NCBI GenBank assembly: GCA_963803995.1
Contig: CAWDOT010000026.1
Location: 4,260-68,259 of the forward strand
DNA: 64,000 bases
Origin: an uncultured Acidobacteriota bacterium
Lineage (GTDB): Bacteria; Acidobacteriota; Thermoanaerobaculia; Multivoradales; JAGPDF01
Reading direction: 5' to 3'
This document shows positions 60,275 through 64,000 of the stretch, piece by piece. The notes beneath the pieces are model-generated. The model ran no database searches. It was not told where the DNA came from and saw only the letters and a list, made by a program, of their open reading frames with translations. Each line of letters opens with the position of its first letter. Position 1 is the stretch's first letter. The position numbers were made by a program, and so were the translations under genes.

Positions 60275-61359
60275 ACCGGAGCGCGCGACTCGGTGTCGCC
60301 CTCGTCCACTACCGGACGCCCGGGCTGGTGCGGCCCGCGGTCGAGGCGCTCGCCGCGGACTGCGACCGCGCCGGCGTCGCGGCTTCGATCCTGCTCGTCG
60401 ACAACGGATCGGAGCCGGCGGACCGCGAGCACTGGCGCGGCCTGCCGATCGAACGGATCGACCCGGGCGCGAATCTCGGGTACGCCGGCGGCGTCCAGCG
60501 CGCCGTCGCGGCGCTCGACGCGCCGCTCTGGATCGCCATGAACCCCGACGTCGTGGTGCGGCCGGGCTGCCTCGCCGCGCTCCTCGCCGAGCTCGAGGCG
60601 GGGGCCGACGCCGCCGGCCCCCGATTCGAGTGGGACGAGGCGGGGCGGATCCTGCTCCCTCCCACCGAGGAGCGCACGCGCCGGGCCGAGCTCACCGCCG
60701 CCCTCGCCCGGCGCGCGCCGGCGCGCGCGGCCGCAGCACGCGGGCGCTGGCGGCGGCACGCCCGCCGCCATTGGGAGGCGGTGGAACCGATCGAAAGCCG
60801 TTCCCTGTCGGGCGCGCTGCTCGCCTTCCGCCGGGAGAGCTGGCAGGCGACCGGCGGATTCGACACGGGCTACCAGCTCTACTTCGAGGAGACCGACTGG
60901 CTCGAGCGGCTGCACGCGGCGGGGCGCCGGAGTGTCTATGTTCCGGCCGCGCGGGCCTGGCACCTCTACGCCCAGTCGAGCGTCGAGGAGCCCGCCGCCG
61001 CCGCCTGGTTCGCCGCGGCGGCGGCGCGGTTCCGCAGGCGGCGTTACGGCCGCGCTTTCGCCGCGCTGCTGGGGCACCTCGAGCGCGGCGGTGGCGCGCC
61101 GGGGGCGCCGGCCGCGGCGGAGCACCGACCCGTGCCCGCCCTGCCACCGGCCGCGCCAGCGCCGCACTGGATCGAGGTCTCGGCGGCGCCCTCGGGCTTC
61201 CCCGCCGCCGCCGAGCGCCTCGCCGCACCGGCGACGTCCTGGCAGCTCCCCACGGACGCCTGGCGCCGCCTGGCGCCCGGCACCTACTGGCTGCGGGCCG
61301 TCGACGCGCGGGGCGGCGAGTCGCCCGCCTGCGCCCTGGTCCGCGGAGCCGCGCCTTGA
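60271..61359 (+). CDS. glycosyltransferase family 2
   Basis: VALVHYRTPGL...LLVDNGS...NLGYAGG...NPDVVV...GALLAFRRE. ATGA overlap with the GT4 gene. Confidence 0.82.
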   Translation: MNRSARLGVALVHYRTPGLVRPAVEALAADCDRAGVAASILLVDNGSEPADREHWRGLPIERIDPGANLGYAGGVQRAVAALDAPLWIAMNPDVVVRPGCLAALLAELEAGADAAGPRFEWDEAGRILLPPTEERTRRAELTAALARRAPARAAAARGRWRRHARRHWEAVEPIESRSLSGALLAFRRESWQATGGFDTGYQLYFEETDWLERLHAAGRRSVYVPAARAWHLYAQSSVEEPAAAAWFAAAAARFRRRRYGRAFAALLGHLERGGGAPGAPAAAEHRPVPALPPAAPAPHWIEVSAAPSGFPAAAERLAAPATSWQLPTDAWRRLAPGTYWLRAVDARGGESPACALVRGAAP

Positions 61360-62327
61360 CCGGGCCCGAAGCGACCGAGATCCGCGCCTGGCGGCCGGGC
61401 GACGAGCGCGCGATTCTCGCCGGCTTCCGCGCCGCGTTCGGCGTCGAGCGCAGCCTCGAGGAGTGGCACTGGTCGTTTCCGCCGTTCGCCGACGGGCGGT
61501 CCGTCGAGGTGGCGTTCGACGCCGAAGGGCAACTGATCGCGCACTACGCGGCGATCCCGGTCGGCTTCCAGCGGGCGGGCCGGCCGCTGCTCGCCGGCCA
61601 GGTGGTCGACGTCTTCACGCGCCGGAAAGCGGGGCTCTTCCGGCGCCGCGGACTGCTGACCCGCACCATCGAATCGTTCCTCGCGCGCTGCTCCGGACCG
61701 GGGCGCCTCGAGCTTCTCTACGGGTTCCCGAGCCTGCGCGCGGCCGCGCTCGGGCGCGCGACCGAGGTCTATCCGGCGGAGGCCGCGGTACTGCGCTTGC
61801 GGGCGCCCGCCGCGCCCCGCCCTGCGCATCTCGGCTGGCGGCGCCGCCTCGAGCGGGGCTGGAGTCGCACGAGCCTCGACGCGCTCTGGGCGGCCGCCCG
61901 TGGGCGCTACCCGCTCTCGGCGGTCCGCGACGCGGACTGGTTCCTGCGCCGCTTCGAGCGGCGGCCCCGCCGCGACTACCTTCAGCTCGGCGTGCGCCGT
62001 GCCGGCCGGACGCGCGCTTGGGGAGTGCTCGCCGCCGGCGGCGAGCGCTCGCGCTGGGCCGATCTGGTCTGGGACGGCGCCGCCGTGGACGATCTGCTGC
62101 TGCTCGCCGACGAGATGCGCGGACTCGCCGCGCACGCGGGCGCGCCCGAGGTCGAGCTCTGGCTCACGGGTGATCCGCTCGCCGGCGCGGCGCTTGCTGC
62201 ACGGGGCTGGAGCGCGGAGGAGCATCCCGAGGTGCGCCTGATCGCACGCTCCTTCGTGCCGGACCTCGCGCACCACGACATCGTCGAACAGCTCTACGTC
62301 ACGCTGGCCGACTCCGACCTGGTCTGA
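61356..62327 (+). CDS. GNAT-like acetyltransferase (tentative)
   Basis: TTG at 61356 overlaps the GT2 stop (TTGA). It is the last 323 codons of ORF 59934..62327. The N-terminal IRAWRPGDERAILAGFRAAF...QVVDVFT resembles GNAT proteins, but the call is weak. Confidence 0.45.
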   Translation: MTGPEATEIRAWRPGDERAILAGFRAAFGVERSLEEWHWSFPPFADGRSVEVAFDAEGQLIAHYAAIPVGFQRAGRPLLAGQVVDVFTRRKAGLFRRRGLLTRTIESFLARCSGPGRLELLYGFPSLRAAALGRATEVYPAEAAVLRLRAPAAPRPAHLGWRRRLERGWSRTSLDALWAAARGRYPLSAVRDADWFLRRFERRPRRDYLQLGVRRAGRTRAWGVLAAGGERSRWADLVWDGAAVDDLLLLADEMRGLAAHAGAPEVELWLTGDPLAGAALAARGWSAEEHPEVRLIARSFVPDLAHHDIVEQLYVTLADSDLV

Positions 62328-62358
62328 CGCGGGCGGTGCGCGCGGCTAGAATGTCCCG

Positions 62359-63063
62359 GTGACCGCCGTCACGAGCGTCGTCGTTCCCGCCTTCAACGAG
62401 GACCAGCGGATCGGGCCGACGCTCGAACGCCTCCTCGCCTACTTCGAAGGCCGCGGTGCGCCGGCCGAGATCGTGGTCGTCGACGACGGTTCCTCCGACG
62501 CGACCGCGGAGGTCGCCGTGCGATTCGCGGCGCGCGGCGTGCGCCTCGTCCGCCTGCCGGAGAACCGGGGCAAGGGCGCCGCGCTGCGCGCCGGCGTCGC
62601 CGCGACCTCGGGCGGCGCCGTGCTGGTGACCGACGCCGACCTGTCGACGCCGATCGAGGAGCTCGGGCGGCTCGAGGCGGCGCTCGCGGACGCCGAGCTC
62701 GTGCTGGGCAGCCGGGCTGTGGCCGGCGCGCGCATCACACGGCGCCAGCCCTGGCACCGCGAGTGGATGGGCCGCAGCTTCAACCGTCTGATCCGGACGC
62801 TCGGCGTCACCTCGCTGCACGACACCCAGTGCGGGTTCAAGCTGCTGCGCGGCGACGTCGCGCGCCGTCTCTTCGCCGAGCTGACGGTCGACCGCTTCGC
62901 CTACGACGTCGAGCTGGTCTGGCTGGCGCGTCGGCGCGGCTTCCGGGTGGTCGAGATCGGCGTGGCCTGGCACGACTCGCCCGCCTCGAAGGTCCACCCG
63001 GTGCGCGACGCCGCCTCCATGCTGATCGACGTCCTGCGCTTCCGTTTTCGCCATCGCGGCTGA
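62359..63063 (+). CDS. polyprenol-phosphate glycosyltransferase (GT2; DPM1/ArnC/CsbB-like)
   Basis: 234 aa with VVVPAFNE, VVVDDGSSD, NRGKGAALRAG, TDADLSTP and DTQCGFK. Confidence 0.88.
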   Translation: MTAVTSVVVPAFNEDQRIGPTLERLLAYFEGRGAPAEIVVVDDGSSDATAEVAVRFAARGVRLVRLPENRGKGAALRAGVAATSGGAVLVTDADLSTPIEELGRLEAALADAELVLGSRAVAGARITRRQPWHREWMGRSFNRLIRTLGVTSLHDTQCGFKLLRGDVARRLFAELTVDRFAYDVELVWLARRRGFRVVEIGVAWHDSPASKVHPVRDAASMLIDVLRFRFRHRG

Positions 63064-63119
63064 AGCCCGGCCCCGCGCCGGTGCTACGATCCGGCGCGGG
63101 CCCGTCGCCCCGAACCGCC

Positions 63120-64000
63120 ATGCGCAGAACCGAGATTCCACCGGGCGAGACGACCGTCGTCGAGGCGCCGAGCGCGCTCGTTGTGGCGCCGCACTACGAC
63201 GACGAGGTGCTCGGTTGCGGCGGGCTGATGCTCCAGCTCGCGGCGCGTGGCGCCGCCGTGCGCGTGCTCTTCCTCTCCGACTCGGCGGACAGCGCCGTCG
63301 GCGGCCCGGCCGCCGCGGACGCCGGCGCCTACGCGGCCGCCCGGCGCGCGGAGGCGGGCGAAGCGGCGCGCCGGCTGGGCGTCGCCGGCGTCGATCGCGC
63401 CGAGCTGCCCGACGGCGCGCTGGCCGAGCGGATTGACGACGCCGCCGCGGCGCTGCGCCGCGCGCTGCTCGCCCAGCGACCGCGCCTGCTGCTCGCGCCC
63501 GGACCCCAGGAGCTCTCGTCCGATCACCGCGCCGCCTTTGCGGCGGTCGCGCGCGTGCTGGGCGGCGTGCGCGCCGGCGACGAGCTCGCGCCGGTTGCCG
63601 AGGCGCTCACGGTGCTGCTCTACGAGGTCAACCGGCCGCTCCGGCCCGACCTCCTGGTCGACGTCACCGCCGAGCTGCCCCGGCTCGAGGCTGCGCTCGC
63701 CGCCTACGCCGGCCAGGACGCCCGGCGCCCCTACTCCCGCGCGGCGCTCGGTCTGCGCCGCTTCCGCACCCTGACGCTGCCGCCCCGGGTCGAGGCCGCC
63801 GAGGCCTACCAGCAGCTGGCGGCCGGCGAGTTCGCGACCCGCGGCCTCGCCACTCTGGTCGCCGAGCTCGGCGCCGAACCCGGTGCGCTGCCGCTCACCG
63901 AAGGCCCGCTCGTGTCGGTCGTCGTGCGCACCCGCGACCGCCCGGCGCTGCTCGCCGAGGCGCTCGCGAGCCTCGCGGCGAGCAGCTACCGCTCGCTCGA
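63120..64000 (+). CDS. PIG-L/LmbE-family deacetylase fused to a GT2 domain (3' end lies outside the window)
   Basis: An open frame runs from ATG at 63120 to the window end. It is not in the ORF track because it has no stop. VVAPHYDDEVLGCGG is the PIG-L motif. From about 63905, LVSVVVRTRDRPALLAEALASL starts a GT2 domain. Confidence 0.75.
   Translation, partial: MRRTEIPPGETTVVEAPSALVVAPHYDDEVLGCGGLMLQLAARGAAVRVLFLSDSADSAVGGPAAADAGAYAAARRAEAGEAARRLGVAGVDRAELPDGALAERIDDAAAALRRALLAQRPRLLLAPGPQELSSDHRAAFAAVARVLGGVRAGDELAPVAEALTVLLYEVNRPLRPDLLVDVTAELPRLEAALAAYAGQDARRPYSRAALGLRRFRTLTLPPRVEAAEAYQQLAAGEFATRGLATLVAELGAEPGALPLTEGPLVSVVVRTRDRPALLAEALASLAASSYRSL

Overview
This is a very GC-rich bacterial chromosomal segment (by eye well above 65 %, not computed) and it is tightly packed. 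I support about 60 protein genes and one tRNA. I found no rRNA, CRISPR array, transposase, integrase or phage genes. The GC content produces long spurious ORFs in all six frames (up to 1876 aa). I therefore chose frames by recognisable family motifs, hydrophobic versus Arg/Pro/Ala-junk composition, and 4-nt start/stop overlaps (ATGA, GTGA, TTGA), which are very common here.

Content in order:
1. A nearly complete tetrapyrrole operon, hemL, hemC, hemD, hemB, hemE, hemN, hemY, with a histidine kinase/response regulator pair embedded in it.
2. A lipoprotein and an MsbA-like ABC exporter.
3. A type IV pilus motor and regulation block, pilT-pilC-pilS-pilR-rsgA.
4. A divergent envelope-glycan locus: a BNR propeller, a methyltransferase, a GT-C-like membrane protein, and two tandem YfhO-like proteins.
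5. An FmdB zinc ribbon, a DUF4388 protein, moeA, and a tRNA-Sec (selC).
6. Housekeeping and periplasmic enzymes, three orphan pseudopilin genes, a PduO adenosyltransferase and an azurin-like cupredoxin.
7. pilB, and LPS heptose genes (GT9, hldC, hldA).
8. An ECF sigma factor, a zinc anti-sigma factor and a thioredoxin-fold protein.
9. An M23 peptidase and a GHMP kinase.
10. An XRE-TPR-secreted protein operon.
11. A Wzm/Wzt ABC-type polysaccharide locus with glycosyltransferases.

About 30 frame disruptions interrupt otherwise well-conserved genes, and they fall in patches. I typed those genes as pseudogene in the sense of frame-disrupted as given. I suspect indel errors rather than real decay.

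I did not find a clearly novel system (no defence-system hallmarks, no reverse transcriptase, no repeat arrays). The best candidates for a second look are:
- the secreted-protein insert splitting wzm from wzt (53.1-56.7 kb);
- the YfhO / GT-C / methyltransferase / BNR locus (18.6-28.3 kb);
- the XRE-TPR-secreted operon (49.5-52.1 kb);
- selC next to moeA.

All family assignments come from motif recognition by eye. No searches were run.
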